From the IMG/VR virus record IMGVR_UViG_3300035696_000002: a stretch of DNA of 64,000 nt. One strand, written 5' to 3'. The DNA comes from a virus. Taxonomy: Duplodnaviria > Heunggongvirae > Uroviricota > Caudoviricetes. The first letter of the stretch is position 1. Each line of letters starts with the position of its first letter. Shown here piece after piece: positions 8,153 through 18,114 of this stretch. The notes beneath the pieces were generated by a model. That model saw nothing but the letters and a program-made list of their open reading frames with translations. It searched no databases and had not been told where the DNA came from. The position numbers and the translations under genes were made by a program.

Positions 8153-8735
8153 TGTTTTGACAATTCGGCTTTGGGACGACCCGGTACTGTCCAAGGTCTG
8201 TGACCCGGTTGACGAAACCGAGTTCGGCCCCAAGCTGGAGGAGTTCGGTCGGCAACTGCTGGCGACCATGGACTTCAAGAATGGCGTCGGGCTGGCGGCA
8301 CCGCAGGTCGGCGTCGCGAAACGCATGTTCGTGATGCACTTGCCGGAGCACATGGACGACCGGGACTATGGGGTGTCCCCGAAGGCCCCCATCGTCGTGT
8401 GCAATCCAGTGCTGGACTTGCAGGGCGGGAGCGTATATGCTAGGGAAGGTTGCCTTTCGCTGCCGAACGTGTTTGAGCAGGTCAGCCGGGCCGAGAAAGT
8501 CGTGATGCGGTACCGGAACCCCCTCGGCCAAGAGATGGCTGAGTTGACCTTTGACACTCAGGGTACTGGTATCACGAATGCCCGAGTCGCACAACACGAG
8601 TTCGATCATTTGAACGGCATCATGTTTTTCGACTACAAGGACAAACGTCCAACCTACGGAGCACGGATGTCAAAGCAGGTGAGCAAGCAAGTCGTGCGTG
8701 CGTGGGACAAAGAAAAGGCCAGATATGGTAGATGA
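8145..8735 (+). CDS. def: peptide deformylase
   Basis: GVGLAAPQVG, EGCLS, QHEFDHLNG motifs. Confidence 0.95.
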   Translation: MADVLTIRLWDDPVLSKVCDPVDETEFGPKLEEFGRQLLATMDFKNGVGLAAPQVGVAKRMFVMHLPEHMDDRDYGVSPKAPIVVCNPVLDLQGGSVYAREGCLSLPNVFEQVSRAEKVVMRYRNPLGQEMAELTFDTQGTGITNARVAQHEFDHLNGIMFFDYKDKRPTYGARMSKQVSKQVVRAWDKEKARYGR

Positions 8736-8910
8736 ATACGATGGTGCAGAGCCGATGCCGCCTCGCACCCTGACACTCAAAGAGGGCAATCAGGTTTCGG
8801 TGGTTGCGGCGGACAAGACGTATCGAGGCACCCTAAGTTGCGATGGCGAACGCTGGTTCATCAAGCTGGCGACAACGGGCGACGAAGTAGTGATCGCGAG
8901 AATTGACTAA
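8725..8910 (+). CDS. hypothetical protein
   Basis: ORF track. Confidence 0.5.
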   Translation: MVDEYDGAEPMPPRTLTLKEGNQVSVVAADKTYRGTLSCDGERWFIKLATTGDEVVIARID

Positions 8911-8919
8911 CAGATTTGC

Positions 8920-9171
8920 ATGAGATTCTGGATCAGCAAGTACGCACTGACGCAAGGCCTGTTCGCAATTGACACCGATGAGCCGAGTGCCGAGTTTCCG
9001 AACCTACTCTCGGTGAAACAGGAGAACACCTACGCCGACTGCTACCATGGCGAGGGCCGGGAGTGGCACCGCACTTATGGCGAGGCCGCGAAGAAGGCGA
9101 ATCAGATGGTGCAGGCCAAGATCAAAAGTTTGAAGAAGCAACTCAAGAAGTACGAGAACATGGTGTTTTGA
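8920..9171 (+). CDS. hypothetical protein
   Basis: ORF track; codon usage like neighbours. Confidence 0.65.
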   Translation: MRFWISKYALTQGLFAIDTDEPSAEFPNLLSVKQENTYADCYHGEGREWHRTYGEAAKKANQMVQAKIKSLKKQLKKYENMVF

Positions 9172-9172
9172 T

Positions 9173-10243
9173 ATGAGCGGAGATTTCACAGAGCAGCGGT
9201 ACGACTACTCCAAGGGGCGGGAGAACGCCGGGGAGTTGGTCATCATGGTCGGCATTTCCGGCTCCGGGAAGTCCACGCTCGTAAAGCAGTGGGTCAACCG
9301 GGGGCGGGGCGATACCGTCCGGCTGAATCGCGATGACATGCGACGGATGATCTATGTGGACGTGCCGTGGGAGAACCATCGGGACGACCTGATCCGCGTG
9401 CTGGAGCGGGATATGGCCCGGTTCGCTCTGCGTAAGGGCAAGACCGTAATCATCGACGACACGAATTGCGTTGCACGTACCCGGCATGATTGGGAAGTGC
9501 TGGCACAGACCACGTACTCGAAGCTGCGGATCGTGACGATGACGACCCCGCTGGATGTTTGCATTGAGCGGGACTCGCTGCGTGAGGGTATCGCACGAGT
9601 TGGCGAGGGCATCATCCGAAAGCAGTTGAAGGATTTGCAGAAAATGACGAAGGAAAATCCCAAGACGCCTGTTCTGACGCGGCCCGTGTTCGAGCGGGAC
9701 GAACTGAACACCGGAGTGTGGAACGTTCGCTTGCCGAACGCACCGTGGGTTTTCTTCGACATGGACGGCACGACTGCGTCCCACCTGCGGGTGAACGGCA
9801 CGCTGATCCGCAACCCCTACGACGAGTCCAAGGTTCTTCTGGACGAGCCTGTTGAGGTTGTGTGCGAATGGCTCCGTACCCTGTACCCGTTCTTCAACCT
9901 GTGTGCGGTGTCTGGCCGTCACGATAAGTGCGGCGACGACACGTGCGATTGGCTGGACGGGCACGCGGTTCCGTTCGATCACATCCTGATGCGGCGTACT
10001 GGCGACAACCGCCCGGACACCGAGATCAAGCAGGAAATCCTCGACGAGTTCGATGCGAAGTTCGGCAAGGAAAACATCGCATTCGTTCTGGACGACCGAC
10101 CGGGTGTGGTTCAAATGTGGCGGGACAATGGCGTGAAGGTGTACCCGGTTCGCGGGGGTACGACTCACACGCCGGGCTGCCAGTACACGTTTGAAAAGGG
10201 CTATCGGTACTGCCCACAGTGCGGTGCACTGGAGGACTTCTGA
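9173..10243 (+). CDS. pseT: T4 Pnk-like polynucleotide 5'-kinase / 3'-phosphatase
   Basis: P-loop GISGSGKST plus RDD; HAD DMDGT, SGR, DDR; C-terminal CxxC. Confidence 0.9.
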   Translation: MSGDFTEQRYDYSKGRENAGELVIMVGISGSGKSTLVKQWVNRGRGDTVRLNRDDMRRMIYVDVPWENHRDDLIRVLERDMARFALRKGKTVIIDDTNCVARTRHDWEVLAQTTYSKLRIVTMTTPLDVCIERDSLREGIARVGEGIIRKQLKDLQKMTKENPKTPVLTRPVFERDELNTGVWNVRLPNAPWVFFDMDGTTASHLRVNGTLIRNPYDESKVLLDEPVEVVCEWLRTLYPFFNLCAVSGRHDKCGDDTCDWLDGHAVPFDHILMRRTGDNRPDTEIKQEILDEFDAKFGKENIAFVLDDRPGVVQMWRDNGVKVYPVRGGTTHTPGCQYTFEKGYRYCPQCGALEDF

Positions 10244-10431
10244 TGACCAAGGCTGAACTTGCAAAGGTCGAGCGGCGACGCAGAGTATTGCAAGCCAGCC
10301 TTGACATCAGTCGTTTCATCGAACAGACGCGAAGGAATCGGCGACTGTCCGTGAGAGATGTATTTGAAATCGTACAAGAACTGGCTGGCGTCTATCTCAA
10401 GGCTCTGTTGCGGTTAAGAGGAGTGAAATGA
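10243..10431 (+). CDS. hypothetical protein
   Basis: GGAGG RBS; TGATG coupling. Confidence 0.55.
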   Translation: MTKAELAKVERRRRVLQASLDISRFIEQTRRNRRLSVRDVFEIVQELAGVYLKALLRLRGVK

Positions 10432-11039
10432 TTCCCGTTATCCAGAAGCAGATCACGTTCTTCGGCAAGCAGGTAATGACCGGGTGCGACGCCAATTGCC
10501 AAAAAGCTTGGGGACTCAACGGCGGTCGCCCGAGAATCTACTTCAACAAACGCGGAGAAATCCTCTTTGTGAGAGTCACCCGGAGGATGCAGCACCCGAG
10601 TTCAAAGGATTGTGTTTGGAGTTCCTGTGACGAAGATTACTGCCAGACGCACAACCAAATGAAGCCGTGCATGGCAGAGTTTGACGATGACAACTTTGCC
10701 TACGCCCCGGATCAACTCTGCGATACGGCACCAAGTGATCCCGGAACGTATGAAGGTGGGCACGCAAAGCCGATATGGGACGGCGACCGATTGAACAAGT
10801 GGTGCGTGCGGGAATGCGAACGCAATCAGTTCGCCCCACACACGAATCCCTTAGGCCCCATTGACTGTGACGACTGGAGCAAGTTCGTTTTCAATATGCC
10901 GGACATCAGGAAGCTGGTAGAGGCCCGGCCCAACTGGGAACAGGAATTGACGGACGCGATACTGGAGGCGAAACGTGAAACGGTCACTCCGCAAGAAGGA
11001 CTTGAAGGCAGCGAGGAAAGCGAGACAGCGAGACCCTGA
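10428..11039 (+). CDS. Cys-containing hypothetical protein
   Basis: ORF track; RBS. Confidence 0.7.
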   Translation: MIPVIQKQITFFGKQVMTGCDANCQKAWGLNGGRPRIYFNKRGEILFVRVTRRMQHPSSKDCVWSSCDEDYCQTHNQMKPCMAEFDDDNFAYAPDQLCDTAPSDPGTYEGGHAKPIWDGDRLNKWCVRECERNQFAPHTNPLGPIDCDDWSKFVFNMPDIRKLVEARPNWEQELTDAILEAKRETVTPQEGLEGSEESETARP

Positions 11040-11325
11040 GGTCAAGCGTGGCTTTCGCAAGCTGGTGGTGAATGGCAACGAGGTTTACCAGTGGCGTCAA
11101 GGCGTGCGGGGCCGGACTGTAGAGATCAGGACGCCGGGCAGCCTTGGAATCAAATGGCTCGTGCCGATCTGGACGCTCCAAGGGCATGCTTCGGAAGAGG
11201 CTTGGCTCGACGCCCACAAGGATTGTTGCCATGAGGGATGTTGTGACCCGTGCTTCATGTGGACGGCAACACCCGGCGACGTGCGGAAGTACATCGACGC
11301 AATGCGGGGAGTAAAATGTTCGTAG
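10975..11325 (+). CDS. hypothetical protein
   Basis: GGAGG RBS before GTG. Confidence 0.55.
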   Translation: MKRSLRKKDLKAARKARQRDPEVKRGFRKLVVNGNEVYQWRQGVRGRTVEIRTPGSLGIKWLVPIWTLQGHASEEAWLDAHKDCCHEGCCDPCFMWTATPGDVRKYIDAMRGVKCS

Positions 11326-11672
11326 ACGAAACGTTTTGGACACTACTTCGCGACAAGGCCCACTGGGAGTTTGAAATTTTCCTGATGCTGTTGTTTGACG
11401 GCCTCGTAGGTGCCATAATGTGGCCGTTTATCAAACGGCACTGGAACCACCATATTGAACGGGACAAGAAAGAAGCCATGGCCGAGGAACCGGAAGCACC
11501 AGCCAAGAAACGACAGCACCGGATATCCCGGCAGGAGTTCTACTTCGCGTACATCCTGTCGATCTTCTCCGGGGCGTCATTTTTGGATGGCAGTAGGGGC
11601 TGGGGATTTGGCTTGCTTATTGCCTCAGTAGCGGTTATAGTAGTCACTGATATTTTTGGAATCGAGATATGA
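11316..11672 (+). CDS. membrane protein
   Basis: three hydrophobic segments. Confidence 0.6.
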   Translation: MFVDETFWTLLRDKAHWEFEIFLMLLFDGLVGAIMWPFIKRHWNHHIERDKKEAMAEEPEAPAKKRQHRISRQEFYFAYILSIFSGASFLDGSRGWGFGLLIASVAVIVVTDIFGIEI

Positions 11673-12061
11673 AGAAATCACTCAAACCCGGCAAAGTGGC
11701 TGTGCACCCAGTACAGCCGCTAATCACTGACGAACACGGTACCACGAGGTTCAAGGAAAACGCTATCGTGTCTTTCCTGCTCGACAGAGCACGAGAGACT
11801 AAGATCGCGGACATGAACCTCTTGGCGACGATCCCATTCACCCAAGAAGACCGTGAACAGTTCGCCCAACTCGTTGGGTATTCCCTATCGGGATTCGGTG
11901 AACTGAGTTATGTCAGCGACGCTACATACGAACGAGCAGCCAAACAGCCCGTTTTCGGCAAACAAAAACCCAAAGACAGACGGGTCGCCGGGTACAAAGG
12001 GCCAGATTTTAAGAGTACCTACGACGATACAGCGGCGGAGAAGGTCAAGAACCCACGGTAG
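11669..12061 (+). CDS. hypothetical phage protein
   Basis: ATGA overlap. Confidence 0.7.
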   Translation: MKKSLKPGKVAVHPVQPLITDEHGTTRFKENAIVSFLLDRARETKIADMNLLATIPFTQEDREQFAQLVGYSLSGFGELSYVSDATYERAAKQPVFGKQKPKDRRVAGYKGPDFKSTYDDTAAEKVKNPR

Positions 12062-12073
12062 TGCTCACCTAAG

Positions 12074-12087
12074 CAGTATTAAGGGGT
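12074..12087 (+). promoter_or_regulatory. class II motif CAGTATT-N7-ATG
   Basis: recurs at 33892 and 57954 with identical spacing. Confidence 0.5.
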
Positions 12088-12459
12088 ATGGGCACATACC
12101 CCGGTTACAAAAACCTCACCGAAACTCAAAAGCAAGCCCGTCGCCGGGCGGTCAGTAAAGCCGTTAAGAAACGGCGAAAGACTGGCCACCATCGTCGCGA
12201 AGAAGCCATTCTGGCCAAAGGCGGCAAGTGTCAAATACCCACCTGCGGGTATTCTCGTTGCATACGAGCACTTGACTTCCATCACCTAAACCCGAAAACA
12301 AAATTGTTTCCCCTTGTAGTGCGTGCATTCTTCGAACGGAGTGAGGCCGCTATACAGGCTGAATTGGCAAAGTGCATTGTCGTTTGTTGTAGGTGTCATC
12401 GTGAGATCGAGGCGGGTGTAATCACGAACGAAGAGATTCAAAAACTCATTGGAGGTTGA
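12088..12459 (+). CDS. HNH-type endonuclease (free-standing)
   Basis: CGY..C..ALDFHH...KCIVVCCRCHRE. Confidence 0.8.
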   Translation: MGTYPGYKNLTETQKQARRRAVSKAVKKRRKTGHHRREEAILAKGGKCQIPTCGYSRCIRALDFHHLNPKTKLFPLVVRAFFERSEAAIQAELAKCIVVCCRCHREIEAGVITNEEIQKLIGG

Positions 12460-12460
12460 T

Positions 12461-13582
12461 ATGGTTTATCTCAAGGATGTTTTCTCTGTTGACAAGTTGC
12501 GTGAGCACGTCAAGAACGGCGTAGTCCGCCGTCAGGTGCACCCGCAGTATCCCGACCTGTTCATCTACAACTACACGGAAGTCGCTCAGTTCGACCGCAT
12601 CTGGGACGAAGTGACGAACGTGTGCCGTGGCCTCATCGTGCACGAGTGCGATGAGCCCGTTGTAGTGGCTCGTCCGTTCCGCAAGTTCCACAATCTGAAC
12701 ACGTCCTACGTGCCGGAGACGATGGAAGAGAACTTGCCGAAGGACACGCCGCCGATCTGCACCCAGAAGTTGGATGGCTCCATGGGTGTCCTGTACACGT
12801 GGGACGACAAGTTGTGGGTCGCAACCCGTGGCTCGTTCGCTTCGGAGCAGGCAATCTGGGCAACGAACTGGGTACGGCAGAACTTGAATTACAAGCTGTA
12901 CCCGGCAGATTCGACGCCTGTGTTCGAAATCATCTACCACGAGAACCGGATCGTAGTTGACTACGACTTCGAGGGACTTGTGTTGCTGGGAATCATCCAC
13001 AACGCAACCGGGAAGGAGTATGATTTCTACGAGGTTCGCGGGTGGGCCTTGCAGTGGGCGGCTCAGGTTGTCGAGACCTTCGACAAGACGTTGGCTGAGT
13101 GCGTGGCTGAGGACAACCCGAACGAGGAGGGGTACGTGTTGACCTACTCGAACGGAGTGAAGGTGAAGGTGAAGTTCGTAGAGTACCTTCGCCTGCACCG
13201 CATCCTGACCGGGCTCCAGCCTCGGGCGATTTGGGAGATGTTGGTTGCCAAGCAGAATGAGGCAATCGACACGCTGCTCAACGACCCGAAGACGCCTGCA
13301 TCGTTCAAGGTGTGGTTCGGCGGGTGGGTAAACCAGCTTCGCACGCAGTTCGCGGACTTGGAGAACACCACGCTGGTTGCATTTGCAGGCCGTCCTGACG
13401 ACTCTTTGAAGGACGTTGACCCGAAGGGCTGGCGGAAGGCTCAGGCGTTGCATTTCCAGAAGACGCCGGGACTGACCTCTGCCCTGTTCGCTATGCTTGA
13501 CGGGAAGGACTATGCGGAGCCGCTGTGGAAGAAGTTGTATCCTGCCGCGACCGGGACTTTCCAGAAGGACGGCGAGTCGTAA
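12461..13582 (+). CDS. T4 Rnl1-like RNA ligase
   Basis: YNY, CRGLI, RPFRKFHN, KLDGS (motif I), ATRGSF, FEII, EGYV, KVK; GGAGG RBS. Confidence 0.9.
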   Translation: MVYLKDVFSVDKLREHVKNGVVRRQVHPQYPDLFIYNYTEVAQFDRIWDEVTNVCRGLIVHECDEPVVVARPFRKFHNLNTSYVPETMEENLPKDTPPICTQKLDGSMGVLYTWDDKLWVATRGSFASEQAIWATNWVRQNLNYKLYPADSTPVFEIIYHENRIVVDYDFEGLVLLGIIHNATGKEYDFYEVRGWALQWAAQVVETFDKTLAECVAEDNPNEEGYVLTYSNGVKVKVKFVEYLRLHRILTGLQPRAIWEMLVAKQNEAIDTLLNDPKTPASFKVWFGGWVNQLRTQFADLENTTLVAFAGRPDDSLKDVDPKGWRKAQALHFQKTPGLTSALFAMLDGKDYAEPLWKKLYPAATGTFQKDGES

Positions 13583-13610
13583 CCTATAGTAACTATTACC
13601 GATCTGGGGT

Positions 13611-13640
13611 TGGCCAAAACCGCCCCAGACCGGGTATACT
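13611..13640 (+). promoter_or_regulatory. class I phage promoter
   Basis: TGGCCA-N18-TATACT-N6-ATG. Confidence 0.7.
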
Positions 13641-13646
13641 ATAGGC

Positions 13647-13916
13647 ATGACACTCACATGGGGTCAGACCATCGGCGGCGGACGCCGCCTGCTTGACGAA
13701 TCCAATCCGACCTATCTTCGCCGCCTCGCCAAAGAAGTCAACAAGCCGGGCACCAGTCCTCGCTACCATGGGCACCTTGTTGCCGAGGGCAAATTTTCAA
13801 AGGGTTCGCTCCGCATCCGCTTCGTCGGCGAACGCATGTGGCGGATCGTCGGAAACCTTGCCGCACTCCAGAACGAACGCGGCGAACAGGTTGTGGCCAG
13901 CCGGGAGATTCGATGA
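13647..13916 (+). CDS. hypothetical protein (leaderless)
   Basis: follows class I promoter. Confidence 0.6.
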   Translation: MTLTWGQTIGGGRRLLDESNPTYLRRLAKEVNKPGTSPRYHGHLVAEGKFSKGSLRIRFVGERMWRIVGNLAALQNERGEQVVASREIR

Positions 13917-14185
13917 CGTTCGACTATCTTTCAGTTTTCACAGACAAGACCGGAACTAAGTACCGCGTGTACATCGTCGGTCGCCCTGAATACCACATAA
14001 TGGACTGGCGTGGCTGCAATTTCAAACGCCTCGCCCTGCCGCGAGAGTTGCGGAAAACGTTCACCAACGAGACCGATGCCAAGACGTACCTGAAAGAAAT
14101 GGAGACCCGCGAAGAGGAAATGATCCGGTATGCTTCATCCCTCGGGTATGGTGCATCGTTCGATGAAAGTTTGATGGTGCTCTAA
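13913..14185 (+). CDS. hypothetical protein
   Basis: ATGA overlap. Confidence 0.6.
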   Translation: MTFDYLSVFTDKTGTKYRVYIVGRPEYHIMDWRGCNFKRLALPRELRKTFTNETDAKTYLKEMETREEEMIRYASSLGYGASFDESLMVL

Positions 14186-14364
14186 TGTTCGTGCTCTTTT
14201 GGGAAACGCTGTTTGGGTGCAGTCACGCATGGGGCTGGCCACAGGCTTTGGAGAAGGAAGAGCCGGGCTACGATTCCTATCAGGCGTGCACAGAATGTGG
14301 TAGAACCCGCTTCTACGATTCGGCTACAATGACAGGTGGGCCAACATTCACGGAGATACGATGA
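14185..14364 (+). CDS. 59-aa Zn-binding small protein (not in ORF track)
   Basis: LFGCSH...CTECG...YD; coupled at both ends. Confidence 0.6.
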   Translation: MFVLFWETLFGCSHAWGWPQALEKEEPGYDSYQACTECGRTRFYDSATMTGGPTFTEIR

Positions 14365-15665
14365 CACCAAGGGACGCAGCAACCGCAGTAATCCGAGCAT
14401 TGAAGAGCCACGGCTTCGAGGGCTACCTCGTCGGCGGCTGCGTGCGTGACCTTGTCCTGTACCGCGATCCCAAGGACTTCGACGTGACGACCAACGCTAC
14501 GCCGGAACAGGTACAGCGAATTTTCGAAAAGACAATTCCAGTCGGTGCCAGCTTCGGTGTCATCATCGTCGTAGTTGACGACGTTCACATTGAAGTTGCC
14601 ACGTACCGAACTGATGGCCAGTACTCGGACAACCGCCGTCCTGATGACGTTGCCTACAGCACGAACGTCAAGGATGACTTGGTTCGCCGGGACTTCACGA
14701 TCAACGGGCTTATCATGATCCCGAAGGATCAGTACGCCAAGAAGCTGACGTATGACGAAGTCTTGGCCTTCGGTGCCCCGGTTGAGCATTGGGAGCACGG
14801 CGTGGTCATCGACTACGTCGGCGGCATGAACGACATTCGCGGGAGCAAGATCACTTGCATCGGCGACCCTGATGCACGTTTCGGTGAGGATGCTCTGCGG
14901 ATGCTGCGTGCTGTTCGTTTCGCTGCTCAGCTTGGTTTCACCATCGACACGGCAACCGGAGATTCGATCACCAAGAACGCTGCCAGCATCGTGAATGTCA
15001 GCCGTGAGCGTATCGCGGCGGAATTGTTCAAGCTGGTATCGTCCTCGTACCCGGTGAAGGGCCTTGTGCCGTTCGCTACGACCGGGCTGCTGCGTTATGC
15101 CCTGCCGGAGTTCGACGAGGGTGCACGGTTCGCATACACCTTGGAGCGGTTCGCAAAGTTCCAGACCAGCGACCCGCTGTTCGGGCTGACCATGCTTCTC
15201 GCGGATGCCGACTTCGTGACAGCAACGACTACGTTGGACGGGTTGAAGCTGTCGAACGAACAGGGACGGCTGGTGCGGAATGCGTTGCAGGTTCGTGCCG
15301 AGTTGCCTAATGTCGGGCGTCTGTCGCTCTCTCAAAAGAAGCGGCTGGCACGCGGAGTTGGGTTGCAGTATGGTCTCGACTTGTTCGCTCAGGACGAGGC
15401 CATTGGCCGAATCAGCATCGGCACCACTGCGGTCAGGGCTACCACGGACACGCTCCTCTCGTTCACACCTGAGGATGTTCGTCCGAAGCCGCTGGTGACC
15501 GGGGATGACTTGATTTCCATGGGTCTGACGCCGGGGCCGGAGTTCAGACACATTCTGGACATGATCGAAGAGGGGCAGTTGAGCGAGACCATCACGTTTC
15601 GTTCGGTTGCCGTCGAAGTTGTGAAGAAGATCGCGGAAGCACGGGGGTTGACGATCAATGCCTAG
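14361..15665 (+). CDS. cca: CCA-adding tRNA nucleotidyltransferase (class II)
   Basis: VGGCVRD, DFDV, RRDFTIN, EDALRMLRAVRF, SRERI. Confidence 0.9.
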   Translation: MTPRDAATAVIRALKSHGFEGYLVGGCVRDLVLYRDPKDFDVTTNATPEQVQRIFEKTIPVGASFGVIIVVVDDVHIEVATYRTDGQYSDNRRPDDVAYSTNVKDDLVRRDFTINGLIMIPKDQYAKKLTYDEVLAFGAPVEHWEHGVVIDYVGGMNDIRGSKITCIGDPDARFGEDALRMLRAVRFAAQLGFTIDTATGDSITKNAASIVNVSRERIAAELFKLVSSSYPVKGLVPFATTGLLRYALPEFDEGARFAYTLERFAKFQTSDPLFGLTMLLADADFVTATTTLDGLKLSNEQGRLVRNALQVRAELPNVGRLSLSQKKRLARGVGLQYGLDLFAQDEAIGRISIGTTAVRATTDTLLSFTPEDVRPKPLVTGDDLISMGLTPGPEFRHILDMIEEGQLSETITFRSVAVEVVKKIAEARGLTINA

Positions 15666-16236
15666 CTTCCACACGATCTACGTGTTCAGCGATAACGAGG
15701 CGTTAGCTGCCGACATCACGGCTATCCTAACGTCTCGTTATCCCACGATTCGGATCGTTGCTCCGGTTATGCCTTTCGGGCCGGGCGTTCCCGTCTCTGC
15801 CGTTCTGGCGTGGGCACGGACGACCTTCCGCCCGCTGGTCGAAAAGAACTCACTCATCATCGGCTTCGGTCTCGGGGGCCTTGTCGCGTGTGCCCTACAG
15901 GAACAGGAGCCCGACCTCAATGTGTCGGTCTTTGCAGTCAATGCTCCGGTGTGGGACGGTACAGACGGGCCGGGAGCAGTTGAACTGGCGTGGGATTGCG
16001 GAGGGCCGGAGGCAGCCACTATGCGGATCGCCCTGTACTCCAGTGCCTATGAGCCGTTGGCAAACTGGCAAGCATGGGCCGACGAGGCCTATGACGTTCC
16101 ATGGCTCCAGCACGGGGCCGATCTGGCCAAGCACGCCATCGTCTACATGATCGCGGCCTTCCTCCGCGACGGCAGCATCAAGCAGGAAATCGCTACGTTA
16201 TTTCCCGATCCAAAAACAGAAGACTCCGCTCACTAA
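15658..16236 (+). CDS. alpha/beta-hydrolase-like protein, nucleophile apparently lost
   Basis: LIIGFGLGG in place of GxSxGG. Confidence 0.45.
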   Translation: MPSFHTIYVFSDNEALAADITAILTSRYPTIRIVAPVMPFGPGVPVSAVLAWARTTFRPLVEKNSLIIGFGLGGLVACALQEQEPDLNVSVFAVNAPVWDGTDGPGAVELAWDCGGPEAATMRIALYSSAYEPLANWQAWADEAYDVPWLQHGADLAKHAIVYMIAAFLRDGSIKQEIATLFPDPKTEDSAH

Positions 16237-16254
16237 TCTGTGCTACAATTTGGT

Positions 16255-16632
16255 ATGGCAATGCCACTGCCCATCAAGCCGGGGTGTAGACATCCGGGGT
16301 GCTCCGCAGTACACGCCCCGAATGATGTGTACTGTCCAGCCCACGCCCACGCATTGAAACTCGGAGCGGTGCTTCTGCCGCCCGGCCCGGACATTAAGTT
16401 CAACTACATTAAACGTCCGCTCTCAGTCCGGTTATGGGAATGGACTAAGCACGCCTTCGTGGGCACGTGCCTTATGGCGTTCATACTCGCCGCCGCGATC
16501 TCAGGCATCCTGATACTGCTTGGGGCTGTCAATGACCAGTGGGATGCAGTCGCCTTGGGCTCAGTTCTCTTTTTGGTTTTTGCTTTCGCTGGCTGGAAAT
16601 TCTACAACCAACTCATGGATATGATCGAATGA
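16255..16632 (+). CDS. membrane protein with N-terminal Zn finger
   Basis: CRHPGC...CPAH; two TM segments; TGnTACAAT just upstream. Confidence 0.6.
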   Translation: MAMPLPIKPGCRHPGCSAVHAPNDVYCPAHAHALKLGAVLLPPGPDIKFNYIKRPLSVRLWEWTKHAFVGTCLMAFILAAAISGILILLGAVNDQWDAVALGSVLFLVFAFAGWKFYNQLMDMIE

Positions 16633-17375
16633 TTGAAAAATGGCCACAGGAACTATTGCTGGTACGCCACGGACGTTCTGTAGCGAACGACCGTAAGAAC
16701 GCTGCCAAGGCAGCGGGGCTCGAACCTGCATGGACAGACATCCAACGGGATATGGATACCCCGCTCACCCTGTTCGGCCAAGGTCAAGCATCCGCCCTCG
16801 GCCTGTACTTGGGCAAGCAATATCCGACATCGGGAGAAGGTTGGGTGCCCGGCCCCGGCGTGAGCACCAATGCTCCGCTGGACTACATCATCATGTCGCC
16901 ATACGTTCGTACCCGGCAGACAACCAAGCTGATCGTCGAAGGCATGGGTTACTCGCCTGAGATCGTGGTGGACGAGCGTATCCGTGAGATCGAGTTTGGC
17001 ATCATGGACGGCATCGACCGTGCCCGGTTCCGCAAGCTGTACCCGGATGAGGCTGCACGTCGGGATCGGGACGGCAAGTACTGGTACTGTCCACCGGGCG
17101 GCGAGAATCGCCCGCGAGTCCGCGACCGAATTCGTTTAATTCTTGACACGCTTAATCGCGATTACGTTGGCACGCGAGTATTAGTAGTGTGTCACAGCGT
17201 CGTGGTTCTTGCTTTCCGCAGTTTGCTTGAGCGGTGGGGCGAGGAAGAGTACATGAAGGTGGACAAGGAAGACGACGTGGTGAATTGCGGCCTGACCCGG
17301 TACGTCCGGGAAGACGGTCGCCGCTTGAAACTTATCGAGTACAACACTATCGTTCCGGGGACACCAACAGAATGA
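16629..17375 (+). CDS. histidine phosphatase (PGAM-like)
   Basis: LVRHG, SPYVRTRQT, REIEFG, PGGE, VCH. Confidence 0.9.
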   Translation: MIEKWPQELLLVRHGRSVANDRKNAAKAAGLEPAWTDIQRDMDTPLTLFGQGQASALGLYLGKQYPTSGEGWVPGPGVSTNAPLDYIIMSPYVRTRQTTKLIVEGMGYSPEIVVDERIREIEFGIMDGIDRARFRKLYPDEAARRDRDGKYWYCPPGGENRPRVRDRIRLILDTLNRDYVGTRVLVVCHSVVVLAFRSLLERWGEEEYMKVDKEDDVVNCGLTRYVREDGRRLKLIEYNTIVPGTPTE

Positions 17376-17551
17376 CCTTGCATACGAAACTCAGCTACAT
17401 GAAGTCCGTCCTCCGCATCGGCGGATACACTCTGCTGCTTTGGGATGTCATCACTGGCGTCATCATGCTCATCGTTGCCGAACTTCTGGGCATCGCCGAG
17501 GAGGCTTGGCCGGGTGCCTACAAGGGCACCGAAACGAACAATGATTGCTGA
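17372..17551 (+). CDS. small membrane protein
   Basis: hydrophobic; ATGA overlap. Confidence 0.55.
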   Translation: MTLHTKLSYMKSVLRIGGYTLLLWDVITGVIMLIVAELLGIAEEAWPGAYKGTETNNDC

Positions 17552-17723
17552 CTACCCCACTGACGGCAGCACGTGTTGCAGCCGAGAGCCGGAGCCGGAT
17601 GCGTATTGCAAGACCCGCTGCCCGGAGTGCAAGCATTTCCTGACGTTCATCTATGACGCAGACCCATCAGATGGGGCGTTGAACTGCACTTGGCCGGATT
17701 GCCCCACGAACGAGTGTTTATGA
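17541..17723 (+). CDS. Cys-rich small protein
   Basis: CPEC. Confidence 0.5.
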   Translation: MIADYPTDGSTCCSREPEPDAYCKTRCPECKHFLTFIYDADPSDGALNCTWPDCPTNECL

Positions 17724-17923
17724 CTCCCGAAGACTTCCTCAACCTGAAAATCGGTACTAAAATTCGTAAGCCGAACAGGCCTCAAGACGTGTATACTGTA
17801 ATCAACAACGACCCGCCCGGAAACATAATTCTGATTCCCGGTCGGATCACGAAGATTGCGTATCGTCCAGTTCACCCGAAAAGTTGGGAACTAGACCCAG
17901 ACCAAAATGACAGTCAGACATAG
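17720..17923 (+). CDS. hypothetical protein
   Basis: ATGA overlap. Confidence 0.5.
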   Translation: MTPEDFLNLKIGTKIRKPNRPQDVYTVINNDPPGNIILIPGRITKIAYRPVHPKSWELDPDQNDSQT

Positions 17924-17958
17924 CCAAGCTTCACGTTGCTTTCTTAGGGGAGTCCGCC

Positions 17959-18114
17959 ATGGACAAGGAAGAAATCCTCTCTGGGATTACGCTCTTCACA
18001 CTCGTCGTTGGAGTGCCGCTCACTCTGTTGTTCGCCGCCGTTCATTTCTCACAACCCAAGGAACGGGCACACACGCAGAAGGACGACTATCCTGATGACC
18101 ACTTCTTCATCTAG
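17959..18114 (+). CDS. 51-aa membrane peptide (not in ORF track)
   Basis: GGGGAG RBS; MDKEEILSGITLFTLVVGVPLTLLFAAV. Confidence 0.55.
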   Translation: MDKEEILSGITLFTLVVGVPLTLLFAAVHFSQPKERAHTQKDDYPDDHFFI

